From: Oscillospiraceae bacterium
GTDB taxonomy: Bacteria; Bacillota; Clostridia; Oscillospirales; Ruminococcaceae
Assembly (NCBI GenBank): GCA_015067025.1
Contig: SVNC01000003.1
Span: 90,383-154,382 of the forward strand
Direction of reading: 5' to 3'
DNA: 64,000 nucleotides
Below are positions 27,076 through 36,816 of this stretch, piece after piece (position 1 is the first letter of the stretch; the number at the start of each line of letters is the position of its first letter). A model generated the notes under the pieces. It did not search any database. It was given only the letters and a program-made list of their open reading frames with translations, and had not been told where the DNA came from. Both the position numbers and the translations under genes were made by a program.

Positions 27076-28518
27076 TTACTGTGTTATTCCAAGACCGTTC
27101 ATTATGTCGTCAAGGCTTATATCTGAAAAGTTGCCGTTCTTGATGTCATCAATAAGCTCATCATCCACGTCAATACCTAAATCGCCCTGCTCTATCTTAT
27201 CTATTATTTCATTATCCTTTATGAAATCTTCTATCTCTTCTATTCTTATTTCTTCTTCAAGCTCACCACTCTGAAGCTTGTCGATAAATTCAGTCACTTC
27301 TTCAAGGGGAATATCATTGTCAGCTATCTTATCAAGTATCTTGTTTTCTTCTATGTATTCCGTTACCTTATCGGCAATGTCTTCGCCTACAACATTGCTG
27401 ATATTATTCTCGATAACATCGGATACAACGTCACGAGGAACAAGAGGGGATGTTAAAAGAGTCTTTGCCGCTTCAACCTTTGAGATTTCGCCGTTATCAA
27501 CCTTTTGTACGGTTTCGATAAGCATTACCATATCATCTTCAGTATCAGTGAAATCTATATCGGCAGGGTATACGTAGCTGTCATCTGACGAAAAGCTTCT
27601 GATTGCAGAGGTCAGAACGTAGCGTAGTATCGTGTCTCTGAAATTAAGAGAATATATCTTATCCACCGCTGACTTTTTATCTTCGATATCAAAAATCTTT
27701 TTTAACAATTCTCCTTCTTCAAAGAGCTTATTATCCTTTGCCACAGTATAAAGACTATCTACCGTAGAAAGGTCGGTACTGAGTTCTGCTTCTGAGGTGT
27801 AGCCCTTAAAACTGTAAACCTCTTTTAAAATATTATCATCAATCTTGCCTATCGCACCGTTTATAGCACTGTTTATAAGAGAAAGTCTTGTACTGTCATC
27901 AGCCTCAATAATCTTTGTATCAAAATAGATATCGGTGCAAGTCTTGTTATTATGGAGTATTTCTTCTATAAGCTGATCTTCAGGCTTGCTTACAAGCTCT
28001 ATAACGGTATCAGCTCTTTTTGTTTCATCGAAAATATTTATCTTGCCTACAAGAACCGTAAATAAAAGCACAAGAGGAATAGAAACCGATGCAAGTGACA
28101 ATCCTATAAGCTTTGATTTTAAATCTCCCTGCTCTTTACTGCACTTCATTATTTTTCTTACAATAAAAGCTACAATAGCTAAAATAATAAAGAAAAGTAT
28201 AAAAAGAATTATAGCCGCAGGTATCTCCAGCACCTTATCAATACTTTTTTCAACAACAACGGATAACTGCTCTTTTCCAAGTCCGATATTCTCCGCACCG
28301 CTGTAGGCATTATCCGTAAGAGCTGTTATAAAGGGCATATCACCTATAACTCCTGCAATAACGGGTGATAAAAAGAAAGACAATAGTGCGGAAACCGCTG
28401 ATACACAAAACAGGGATAATCCGCCTTTCCAGCCTTTTTTATATCCGTAAACAGCGAAAATACCGCCACATATAACTGCAACGCCTACGTAAACGGCAAT
28501 AACAATAGAATTAATCAT
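27076..28518 (-). CDS. Membrane protein (CvpA-like N-terminal TM region) with a long acidic C-terminal tail
   Basis: 480 aa with 4-5 TM segments in the first ~165 aa. The C-terminal part is Asp/Glu/Ile-rich (EEEIRIEEIEDFIKDNEIIDKIEQGDLGIDVDDELIDD). Function unknown. Confidence 0.4.
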   Translation of the reverse strand: MINSIVIAVYVGVAVICGGIFAVYGYKKGWKGGLSLFCVSAVSALLSFFLSPVIAGVIGDMPFITALTDNAYSGAENIGLGKEQLSVVVEKSIDKVLEIPAAIILFILFFIILAIVAFIVRKIMKCSKEQGDLKSKLIGLSLASVSIPLVLLFTVLVGKINIFDETKRADTVIELVSKPEDQLIEEILHNNKTCTDIYFDTKIIEADDSTRLSLINSAINGAIGKIDDNILKEVYSFKGYTSEAELSTDLSTVDSLYTVAKDNKLFEEGELLKKIFDIEDKKSAVDKIYSLNFRDTILRYVLTSAIRSFSSDDSYVYPADIDFTDTEDDMVMLIETVQKVDNGEISKVEAAKTLLTSPLVPRDVVSDVIENNISNVVGEDIADKVTEYIEENKILDKIADNDIPLEEVTEFIDKLQSGELEEEIRIEEIEDFIKDNEIIDKIEQGDLGIDVDDELIDDIKNGNFSDISLDDIMNGLGITQ

Positions 28519-28685
28519 AAAATCAGCTCCCTTGTAATTTTTTCCTTTATTTTAGTATATACCTTTTTTGATAATTTTTCAAGAGCAATTTCTGAAAATT
28601 CCAACAAATAGTAAAAGCAGAAAATAATAAATCTGATATTTCAGCAAATACTTTTTTTATCTATAAAAAGGAGCTTATTTCAGTT

Positions 28686-30854
28686 ATGCAAGATAAATTC
28701 AATATATATTCTCCGCTATGCGGAAAGGTCGTATCTCTTGATGACGTACCTGACAGTGTATTTTCTGACAGGATACTTGGTGACGGGTGTGCTGTAATCC
28801 CGTCAGAAGGCAGGATATACAGTCCCATTGACGGAATAATTTCCTCTGTTGCGGAATCAAAACACGCCATCGGCTTTGACGCTGATAACGGAATATCCAT
28901 ACTCGTCCATTTCGGGCTTGATACTGTTTCTCTCAAAGGAGAGGGATTTGATATAAAGGTAAACGTTGGCGACAGAGTAACAAAGGGTCAGCTTGTTGCT
29001 GTTGCCGATATTGACTTTATAAAATCAAAAGGCTTTGATACAGTCACTCCCGTTCTTATCTGTGATGGTGCAGAGGACTCTGAGCTTGTAACCGCTACGG
29101 GAGAAGTAACGCAAAAGGACGTTCTCATCACTTTGGAGAAAGTCAGCGATACAGGTGAAATAAAAGCAGATAGTTCTATAAAAGAAGAGCCTCATAAAAA
29201 AGAAAAGAAAAAATCAAGGATAAACTTTGAATTTTTACAGAAGCTTGGCAAGGTGCTGATGGTAGTCATTGCGGTGATGCCTGCTGCAGGTCTTATGATA
29301 AGTATAGGCAAACTTATCATGATGGCAGGCGGAGATATCGCACTTATAAACACCATAGGCAGTGTTATGGAAAGTATCGGCTGGACTATAATCAGCAATC
29401 TGCATATTCTTTTTGCGGTCGCCATAGGCGGCTCCTGGGCAAAGGATAAAGCAGGCGGTGCTTTTGCGGCTTTGCTTTGTTTTATTCTTGTAAACAGTAT
29501 TACGGGGGCCGTTTTCGGTGTTACGAATGATATGCTCAGAAATCCTGAGGCTATAGTGTACTCACTTTTCGGTCAGGAGATGCCGGTAGAAAACTACTTT
29601 ACTTCCGTCCTCGGTGCTCCTGCTCTTAATATGGGTGTATTCGTGGGTATCATCTCAGGCTTTGTAGGTGGTGCAATATATAATAAATTCTACAATTTCA
29701 GGAAGCTGCCAAACGCCCTTTCCTTCTTTAACGGGAAGCGTTTTGTACCGCTGGTGGTTATTTTATGGTCGGTTATCGTATCTCTTATTTTATCGGTGGT
29801 ATGGCCGATAGTACAGTCAGGTATAAACGCCTTTGGTATCTGGATAGCCTCCTCTGCCGATACTTCTCCCGTGCTTGCTCCCTTTATCTATGGCACGCTC
29901 GAAAGACTTCTGCTCCCCTTTGGTCTTCATCATATGCTGACTATCCCAATGAACTACACCAGCTTCGGTGGAAGCTATATCATACAGACGGGTGTAAACG
30001 CAGGTCAGACTGTATTCGGTCAGGACCCCTTATGGCTTGCCTGGGTAACAGACCTTGTAAACTTCAAGGCACTCGGTGATACCGCCGCTTATGAGACCCT
30101 GCTTGCAACCGTTACTCCTGCACGCTTTAAAGTAGGACAGATGATAGGCTCTATGGGCCTTTTACTTGGTGTTGGTTACGCAATGTACAGAAGAGTTGAT
30201 AAAGATAAAAGAAAAAAATACCGCTCTATTTATATTTCAACCGCCGCCGCAGTTTTCTTAACAGGTGTTACAGAGCCTATAGAATTTATGTTTATGTTCT
30301 GTGCATTGCCACTTTATATCGTTTACGCTATACTTCAGGGTATTGCCTTTGCCATATCGGGAATATTTGATTTGCGGCTCCATTCCTTCGGAAGTATCGA
30401 ACTGCTGACAAGACTGCCAATGTCCATTGAAGCAGGCCTTACGGGAGATATAATAAACTTCGTTATAAGCGTTGTCGTATTCTTCGGTCTTGGATATCTC
30501 GTTTCATATTTTATGATTGGGAAATTCAGTTACGCAACCCCGGGCAGACTTGGGAATTATACACTTGACGTAAATTCGGAGGGTAACTCGGATAGCTCGC
30601 ATAAAGAAACTTCAGATAGTGACAGCAAAGCAGAAAAGATAATAGCACTCCTTGGCGGAAGAGAAAATATTATTGACGTGGACGCTTGTATGACAAGACT
30701 TCGTGTGTCGGTAAAAAATCCCGATACAGTATCAGATGAAAACCATTGGAAGGCTCTCGGTGCTTTAGGGCTTATAAAAAAGGATACGGGTATTCAGGCG
30801 ATATTCGGACCTGAAGCAGACGTACTGAAATCTGATATCAACGATATTCTTTAA
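28686..30854 (+). CDS. PTS glucose-family permease, fused EIIA-EIIC-EIIB (candidate maltose/alpha-glucoside transporter)
   Basis: 722 aa. The N-terminal EIIA-Glc domain carries KHAIG and LVHFGLDTV (the two His residues). A central ~10-TM EIIC follows. The C-terminal EIIB carries DACMTRLRV (active Cys). Confidence 0.9.
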   Translation: MQDKFNIYSPLCGKVVSLDDVPDSVFSDRILGDGCAVIPSEGRIYSPIDGIISSVAESKHAIGFDADNGISILVHFGLDTVSLKGEGFDIKVNVGDRVTKGQLVAVADIDFIKSKGFDTVTPVLICDGAEDSELVTATGEVTQKDVLITLEKVSDTGEIKADSSIKEEPHKKEKKKSRINFEFLQKLGKVLMVVIAVMPAAGLMISIGKLIMMAGGDIALINTIGSVMESIGWTIISNLHILFAVAIGGSWAKDKAGGAFAALLCFILVNSITGAVFGVTNDMLRNPEAIVYSLFGQEMPVENYFTSVLGAPALNMGVFVGIISGFVGGAIYNKFYNFRKLPNALSFFNGKRFVPLVVILWSVIVSLILSVVWPIVQSGINAFGIWIASSADTSPVLAPFIYGTLERLLLPFGLHHMLTIPMNYTSFGGSYIIQTGVNAGQTVFGQDPLWLAWVTDLVNFKALGDTAAYETLLATVTPARFKVGQMIGSMGLLLGVGYAMYRRVDKDKRKKYRSIYISTAAAVFLTGVTEPIEFMFMFCALPLYIVYAILQGIAFAISGIFDLRLHSFGSIELLTRLPMSIEAGLTGDIINFVISVVVFFGLGYLVSYFMIGKFSYATPGRLGNYTLDVNSEGNSDSSHKETSDSDSKAEKIIALLGGRENIIDVDACMTRLRVSVKNPDTVSDENHWKALGALGLIKKDTGIQAIFGPEADVLKSDINDIL

Positions 30855-30864
30855 GAGGGCTGAT

Positions 30865-31686
30865 ATGAAATTAATGACGCTTAACACCCATAGCCTTATA
30901 GAAGAAAACTACAGTGAAAAACTTAATATTTTTGTAAAGGCTGTAGCTCGGATAAAGCCTGATATAATAGCACTGCAGGAAGTAAATCAGAACAAAGTGA
31001 AGGAGCAGGTAACGGATCTAAAAAACTTCTACGCTCCAGATAAAAAAACTATTGTCCGTGAGGACAACCACGCCTTAAACGTTGCAAAAATGCTTTCCAA
31101 CGTTGGAATAAACTATCACTGGAGCTATAAGAACATCAAAAACGGATATGATGTTTACGATGAAGGGGTTGCTATTATGAGTCTCAGCCCGATTATTTTT
31201 ACCGACTGCTTTACCGTCAGCAAAAAGGATGATTATAACGACTGGAAAACAAGAAAGGTTCTTGGGATAAAAGTTAAAGATTTCCCCAATGACGTTTTCT
31301 TCTCCGTTCACTACGGTTGGTGGGATGACGAAGACAGCTTTTCGGGACAATGGCTTACAACTCTTGAAAAACTCAGGAAGTACCGCTCTGTCTGGCTTAT
31401 GGGAGATTTCAACAACCCTGCTGAAATAGAAAAAGAGGGATATGATCTGATAGAAAGATCAGGCTTTTATGACAGCTACAAAAAGGCCCATATAAAGGAT
31501 AACGGAGTTACAGTTGACAGAATAATTGACGGCTGGCGTGACAGAATAAAAAACAGTGCAGATGGAATGAGGATCGACCAGATATGGAGCAGTAAGCCCC
31601 ATAAAATAAAAAGTCACAGAGTAATTTTTAACGGAGAAAACTTTCCCATAATATCAGATCACTATGGAATAATTATTGAGTTATAA
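30865..31686 (+). CDS. Endonuclease/exonuclease/phosphatase (EEP) family protein, MapP-like sugar-phosphate phosphatase candidate
   Basis: 273 aa with EEP motifs MTLNTHS, ALQEVNQ, GDFN and SDHYG. It sits immediately downstream of a glucose-family PTS permease, as mapP does with malT in Enterococcus. Confidence 0.6.
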   Translation: MKLMTLNTHSLIEENYSEKLNIFVKAVARIKPDIIALQEVNQNKVKEQVTDLKNFYAPDKKTIVREDNHALNVAKMLSNVGINYHWSYKNIKNGYDVYDEGVAIMSLSPIIFTDCFTVSKKDDYNDWKTRKVLGIKVKDFPNDVFFSVHYGWWDDEDSFSGQWLTTLEKLRKYRSVWLMGDFNNPAEIEKEGYDLIERSGFYDSYKKAHIKDNGVTVDRIIDGWRDRIKNSADGMRIDQIWSSKPHKIKSHRVIFNGENFPIISDHYGIIIEL

Positions 31687-31702
31687 ATTCCTCAAATTAC
31701 AC

Positions 31703-31731
31703 TTGCACAAAGCGAAAAATAATAGTATAAT
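31703..31731 (+). promoter_or_regulatory. SigA-type promoter of ptsH-ptsI
   Basis: TTGCAC (31703-31708), a 17-nt spacer, then TATAAT (31726-31731). Confidence 0.55.
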
Positions 31732-31770
31732 AAAATTAAAGAAATAAAAACAGAAAGGACGGTATTATTT

Positions 31771-32028
31771 ATGAAGAGCTTTCAGTATGTAATTAAGGAT
31801 GAATTAGGTCTGCACGCAAGACCTGCAGGAATGCTTGCAAAGCAGGCAAAAAATTACGAAAGTGAAATTACCATTACAAAGAACGATAAAACTGTCGTTT
31901 GCACAAAGCTTATGGCAATGATGGGGATGTGTGTCAAAAAAGGTGATACCGTCACAGTTGCTGTAAACGGTGCGGATGAAGATACCGCATTTGACGATAT
32001 CAAAAAATTCTTTGAAGAAAATCTGTAA
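31771..32028 (+). CDS. ptsH: Phosphocarrier protein HPr
   Basis: 85 aa. GLHARPAG contains the His15 site. The position aligning with regulatory Ser46 is Lys (codon AAG, 31906-31908). Confidence 0.9.
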   Translation: MKSFQYVIKDELGLHARPAGMLAKQAKNYESEITITKNDKTVVCTKLMAMMGMCVKKGDTVTVAVNGADEDTAFDDIKKFFEENL

Positions 32029-32038
32029 AGGAAAAGCT

Positions 32039-33682
32039 ATGGTAAAACTTATCGGAAAGGGCGTATACTCTGCGATAGCAATCGGCAATATCTCAGTAAT
32101 AAAAAAAAGCTATGCAGAGACCTCTGAAATAAAAGCCGATGACAAGAATAAAGAGCGTATCCGTCTTGAAAATGCAAAGAATGAAGCCGTATCACAAATT
32201 AAAAAGATATACGAAAAGGCTCTTACCGATGCGGGAGAAGAAACAGCACAGATCTTCGATATACATCTTATGATGATTGAGGATGAAGATTATAACGACG
32301 CTATTTCAGCTCTCATAGATGAAGGGTACACAGCGGAATACTCTGTGGCTGAAACGGGCAAGAACTTTGCACAAAGCTTTGCTGATATGGATGACGAATA
32401 TATGAAGGCAAGATCTGCCGATATAAAGGATATCTCAGACAGAATTTTATCCTGCCTTTCGGGCAAGAAGGACGACAACCGGTCGCAAAGAGAAAACCTT
32501 ATTATCTGTGCCGACGATCTTTCCCCCAGCGAAACTATGTCCATTGACAGAGACAAGGTAATAGCTTTCGTTACTGCCTTCGGCTCACCTAACTCTCATA
32601 CCGCCATCCTTGCAAGAAGTATTGGTATTCCTGCTATAATCGGTATGGGCAAGGACTTTCTGCAAAAGCTGACTGACGGAGAAAAGGCTATCGTCGACGG
32701 TGAAACAGGAGAACTTATCCTTTCCCCCGATAAAGAAACACTTGAAGTAAAAAGCAAAAAACAAGCAGAAGAAAAGCAGGAAAAGGCTCTTATAGAAGAA
32801 AACAGAGGTAAAGAAAATATAACCCTTGACGGTACAAGAATAGACGTATTTGCCAATATCGGAAATCCTCAGAACGTTATATCCGCTATAGAAAACGACG
32901 CAGGCGGTATCGGTCTTTTCAGGAGTGAATTCATATACCTTGATAAGGAACGTTACCCTACAGAAGAAGAACAGTTTGAAATATATAAAACCGTTCTCAG
33001 CGAAATGAAGGGTAAAAAGGTAATTATCCGTACCCTTGATATCGGTGCTGATAAAAACGTAGAATACTTTGGCATTCCGAGGGAAGAAAATCCTGCTTTA
33101 GGACTCAGGGCGATAAGACTTTGTCTTGACAGACCTGAAATTTTTGAAACTCAGTTAAGAGCGTTATTCAGAGCGTCTGTTCACGGAAATCTCGGTATAA
33201 TGTTCCCTATGATATCAAGTGTAAACGAGCTTATTGAAGCAAAAAGAATTTGCGATAAAATAAAGAATGAGCTTAAATCGGATAATATTCCTTATGATGA
33301 AAATACCGAAATCGGCATTATGGTAGAAACTCCTGCCGCCGCAGTAATAAGCGACAAGCTTGCAAAGCACTGCGACTTTTTCAGCATAGGCACAAACGAT
33401 CTTACTCAGTATACTACTGCTTGCGACAGACAAAATCCCTATCTTGATAAATTCTGCGATACGGAAAACACTGCAGTATTAAGGCTGATAGAATACACCG
33501 CAAGATCCGCCCACGAAAACGGAATATGGGTGGGTATATGCGGAGAGATGGCGGCTGATACCTCGCTCACGGAAAAATTCCTGAGAATGGGTATAGATGA
33601 GCTGTCAGTAACACCCTCCTTTGTACTAAGAGTGCGTGACAAGATAAGAAAAACAAATTTAAAAGGACACCCCGGCAAATGA
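32039..33682 (+). CDS. ptsI: PTS Enzyme I (phosphoenolpyruvate-protein phosphotransferase)
   Basis: The start was reassigned to ATG 32039 (MVKLIGKG), which follows AAAGGAAAAG. SPNSHTAILARS is the active His region. GGIGLFRSEF and IGTNDLTQY are PEP-utilising motifs. Confidence 0.95.
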   Translation: MVKLIGKGVYSAIAIGNISVIKKSYAETSEIKADDKNKERIRLENAKNEAVSQIKKIYEKALTDAGEETAQIFDIHLMMIEDEDYNDAISALIDEGYTAEYSVAETGKNFAQSFADMDDEYMKARSADIKDISDRILSCLSGKKDDNRSQRENLIICADDLSPSETMSIDRDKVIAFVTAFGSPNSHTAILARSIGIPAIIGMGKDFLQKLTDGEKAIVDGETGELILSPDKETLEVKSKKQAEEKQEKALIEENRGKENITLDGTRIDVFANIGNPQNVISAIENDAGGIGLFRSEFIYLDKERYPTEEEQFEIYKTVLSEMKGKKVIIRTLDIGADKNVEYFGIPREENPALGLRAIRLCLDRPEIFETQLRALFRASVHGNLGIMFPMISSVNELIEAKRICDKIKNELKSDNIPYDENTEIGIMVETPAAAVISDKLAKHCDFFSIGTNDLTQYTTACDRQNPYLDKFCDTENTAVLRLIEYTARSAHENGIWVGICGEMAADTSLTEKFLRMGIDELSVTPSFVLRVRDKIRKTNLKGHPGK

Positions 33683-34845
33683 TACACCTACTTCTCGCAA
33701 TAATCTATATCTCGTTCATAAGTCTTGGATTACCCGACGGACTGCTTGGCAGTGCCTGGCCGGAAATGTATAAAGGATTTGACGTACCGATCTCATACGC
33801 AGGAATAATCAGTATGATAATTTCTGCTTCAACGGTAGTTTCTGCCTTGCTATGCGAAAGACTTGTAAAAAAACTTGGCACGGGACTGCTTACAGCATTA
33901 AGCGTTGCTACTACTGCTATAGCACTCTTTTTATTCTCACAGAGCACACAGTTCTGGCATTTATGCCTTGTGGGTATCCCCTACGGGCTCGGTGCAGGAA
34001 GCGTTGACGCCGCACTGAATAATTTCGTGGCGATTCACTATAAAAGCCGTCAGATGAGCTGGCTACACTGCTTCTGGGGTGTGGGATGCTCGGCAGGACC
34101 TTATATTCTGTCTTTCTTCCTCGTAAATGGACATAGCTGGTCTATGGGATATCTCGCCGTATTTATAATACAGGCGATACTTTCCGTTATGCTGTTTATT
34201 TCTCTTCCTCTATGGAAGATGAAAACACAGCAAACGCCAAGCGTATCAGAAAAAAGCGATACAAAGCCGATAGGATTAAAACGCACCGTTTCAACAAAAG
34301 GCGTAAAAGAAGTCATGGCAACCTTCTTCTGCTATTGTGCTCTTGAATCTACCGCCGGACTGTGGGCGGTAAGCTACATAGTTCTGACAAAAGGCATACC
34401 GTCAGAAACGGCGGCAGGCTTTGGAGCAGTATTCTATCTTGGTATTACCGTAGGCAGATTTTTAAACGGCTTTATTGCTGATAAATTTGGTGATAACAAA
34501 ATGGTCTATATCGGTTGTTCCATAATAGCGGCAGGTATAACGGCACTTATTCTCCCCTTTGGAATAGTCAGTGCAGTCATCGGTCTTTCGCTTATCGGAC
34601 TTGGTTGTGCTCCTATCTACCCTTGCGTTATACATTCAACCCCCGCAAGATTCGGTGCTGATATCTCTCAGGCAATTATCGGCGTACAGATGGCAAGTGC
34701 ATATATAGGTATTACAACTATGCCTATACTTTTCGGACTGATAGCCGATAATATAAGCATACAACTTTTTCCGCTGTTTCTTGTAATAATACTTGTTCTT
34801 ATGACGATATTCTTTTTAAGGCTCAATAAGAAAGCAAAAGGATAA
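33679..34845 (+). CDS. MFS transporter
   Basis: 388 aa with about 12 TM segments. Its ATG overlaps the ptsI TGA stop as ATGA at 33679-33682. Confidence 0.75.
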   Translation: MIHLLLAIIYISFISLGLPDGLLGSAWPEMYKGFDVPISYAGIISMIISASTVVSALLCERLVKKLGTGLLTALSVATTAIALFLFSQSTQFWHLCLVGIPYGLGAGSVDAALNNFVAIHYKSRQMSWLHCFWGVGCSAGPYILSFFLVNGHSWSMGYLAVFIIQAILSVMLFISLPLWKMKTQQTPSVSEKSDTKPIGLKRTVSTKGVKEVMATFFCYCALESTAGLWAVSYIVLTKGIPSETAAGFGAVFYLGITVGRFLNGFIADKFGDNKMVYIGCSIIAAGITALILPFGIVSAVIGLSLIGLGCAPIYPCVIHSTPARFGADISQAIIGVQMASAYIGITTMPILFGLIADNISIQLFPLFLVIILVLMTIFFLRLNKKAKG

Positions 34846-34854
34846 AAACTAAGT

Positions 34855-34896
34855 GCTGACCTATCTTTAAACGATAGATCAGCACTTTTGTTATTT
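34855..34896. terminator. Bidirectional terminator between the MFS gene and the convergent LRR gene
   Basis: AAGTGCTGACCTATC-TTTAAAC-GATAGATCAGCACTT followed by TTTGTTATTTT. Confidence 0.7.
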
Positions 34897-36765
34897 TGAT
34901 TTTAATTTTCTTTTTCGTTTCTTTATAATTATAATTGCAACAATTATCAACAATATCGTAATAACTGATATCACTATTATGATCGGCACAAATAAACCTT
35001 CAGAGTCATCTTCAAAAAGCTCATAATTTTTTCTGTGCATCGCAGCGTATCTGTAAGCCGCCGAATTCTCTACACATCTTATAATTATATCCGGACTTTG
35101 ATTGAAAGCACTTTGACTTATCCGTATATTATCTATCATACCTGAAGGAAATTCTATGCATTTCTCTCCCTGAAGTGATGCAAAAGCACGATCGCCTATT
35201 GCAGTCACACTCTTTGGCAGTATTATCTTTTCAAGGTGCTCATTGTATTCAAATACGCTATAACCGAAGTTACTAAACTCACCTATAGTTTTCGTCCCAT
35301 CGGGTATCTTATATACAGCATCCTTTTTACCCTCGGGATAAAGCAGGATAGCGTTTTCCTCTGTAGCAAAAACAACTCCGTCTATGCTGTAAAGCTCTTT
35401 GTTTTCAGGGTCTACTTCAATAGTTTCAAGGCTTGTGCATTTTTCAAAGGGAGATATTATATAATCGTAATCAAATACCCTGCCGAGATTCTTTACCGTC
35501 AGATTTTTCGGCAGACGGATAGTTTCAAGAGAGGTACAGCCATTAAAAGCCCAGCTTTGTAATTCGGTAAGGCTATCGGGCAAGGTTATCTCTTTGAGCA
35601 AAACACAACCACTAAAAGCATTCTCTTTGATAGAGGTAACATTATCTGATAAGATTACCTTTTCCAAAGCAGTACAACCCGAAAATGCAAAAGGGCTTAT
35701 TACATCAGAGCCGATCGTTATCTCTTTTAAGGATTCGCAACAAAAAAACATATGACCTGGTATAGTAAGACTGGCAGGCATATTTACTTTTTCAAGGCTA
35801 TAGCAATGACTAAAAACAGCGTCTCCCATTTCGGTAACTGTTTTAGGAATAGTGACACTTTTAAGTTGTTCGCAAAAAGCAAAAGTACCTGAACCTATAT
35901 ACCGCACGCTATCAGGTATGACCGCACTTGTAATATCACTTCCGTAAAAAGCATTTTCTGATATTTCTACAACTGTTCTTCCATCTATTTCTCTTGGTAT
36001 GACCATATCCTTATTTTCGCCGTTATATCCGAGAATGGAGATAGTTTCTTCGTCAATAATCAGATAGTCAAAATCTCCTTCGCCAACTGAACCTCTGCCA
36101 TCCAAAGTATAATCAAGCCCATAAGCCTTCGCATATCTTTCTCCGACTGACCCGGTGTAACATCCAACATGGAAAAGGTATATATAATTTCCATTTTTAT
36201 AGCGACCCATGCCTGTATCCTCTATACGAAGAACTGATGCAGGGATACTTAAGAATTTGAGCGATTCACAATTGTAGAAGGAAGCATATTTGATAATCTC
36301 AACCCCTTCAGGAATAGTCACAGAAGAAAGGGAGATACAATCCGAAAAAATTCCGCTTTCTATAACCTTGACTCCTTCAGGTATATCTACAGAAGTAAGT
36401 TCAGAACAGTTACTGAAAGCACCTGTACCTATAGAGGTTACACTTTTAGGAATTTCAATCCACTCAAGAGCAGAACAGTCTCTAAAGGCATGTGCTCCGA
36501 TTTCAGTCACGCCTTCACGTATAACTACATACGTGAGCGTTTTACATTCGTTAAAACAACCGCCGCCTATTTCGGTTACTGTTTTGCCGTCAATTTCATA
36601 AGGAATATAAACAGAATCTTCGCTACCGGTGTAACGTGTAATCTTAACCGTCCCGTCATCATTTACGGTATATTCATAATCTTCATAAGTCTCTGCTCCT
36701 GCAACAGCGGCACATAACATCATCGCTGACATAAGCGTAAATATAACAAGTAATAACTTTTTCAT
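34891..36765 (-). CDS. BspA-type leucine-rich-repeat surface protein with signal peptide and C-terminal TM anchor
   Basis: 624 aa with many repeats of the form IP.SVT.IG..AF..C..L..V.IP. An N-terminal signal peptide is present, and the C-terminus has IIIVISVITILLIIVAIIII followed by KKRKRKLKSK. Confidence 0.8.
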   Translation of the reverse strand: MKKLLLVIFTLMSAMMLCAAVAGAETYEDYEYTVNDDGTVKITRYTGSEDSVYIPYEIDGKTVTEIGGGCFNECKTLTYVVIREGVTEIGAHAFRDCSALEWIEIPKSVTSIGTGAFSNCSELTSVDIPEGVKVIESGIFSDCISLSSVTIPEGVEIIKYASFYNCESLKFLSIPASVLRIEDTGMGRYKNGNYIYLFHVGCYTGSVGERYAKAYGLDYTLDGRGSVGEGDFDYLIIDEETISILGYNGENKDMVIPREIDGRTVVEISENAFYGSDITSAVIPDSVRYIGSGTFAFCEQLKSVTIPKTVTEMGDAVFSHCYSLEKVNMPASLTIPGHMFFCCESLKEITIGSDVISPFAFSGCTALEKVILSDNVTSIKENAFSGCVLLKEITLPDSLTELQSWAFNGCTSLETIRLPKNLTVKNLGRVFDYDYIISPFEKCTSLETIEVDPENKELYSIDGVVFATEENAILLYPEGKKDAVYKIPDGTKTIGEFSNFGYSVFEYNEHLEKIILPKSVTAIGDRAFASLQGEKCIEFPSGMIDNIRISQSAFNQSPDIIIRCVENSAAYRYAAMHRKNYELFEDDSEGLFVPIIIVISVITILLIIVAIIIIKKRKRKLKSK

Positions 36766-36816
36766 TTTTTCTCCGTTTTATATAAATCAATTTGTTATCA
36801 GTTTTTGTCTGCAAAT

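Noticed and set aside
31970-32038. Upstream extension of the ptsI ORF overlapping the ptsH 3' end
   Set aside because: ATG 32039 follows a Shine-Dalgarno sequence and gives the conserved EI N-terminus. The extension would overlap the ptsH coding sequence.
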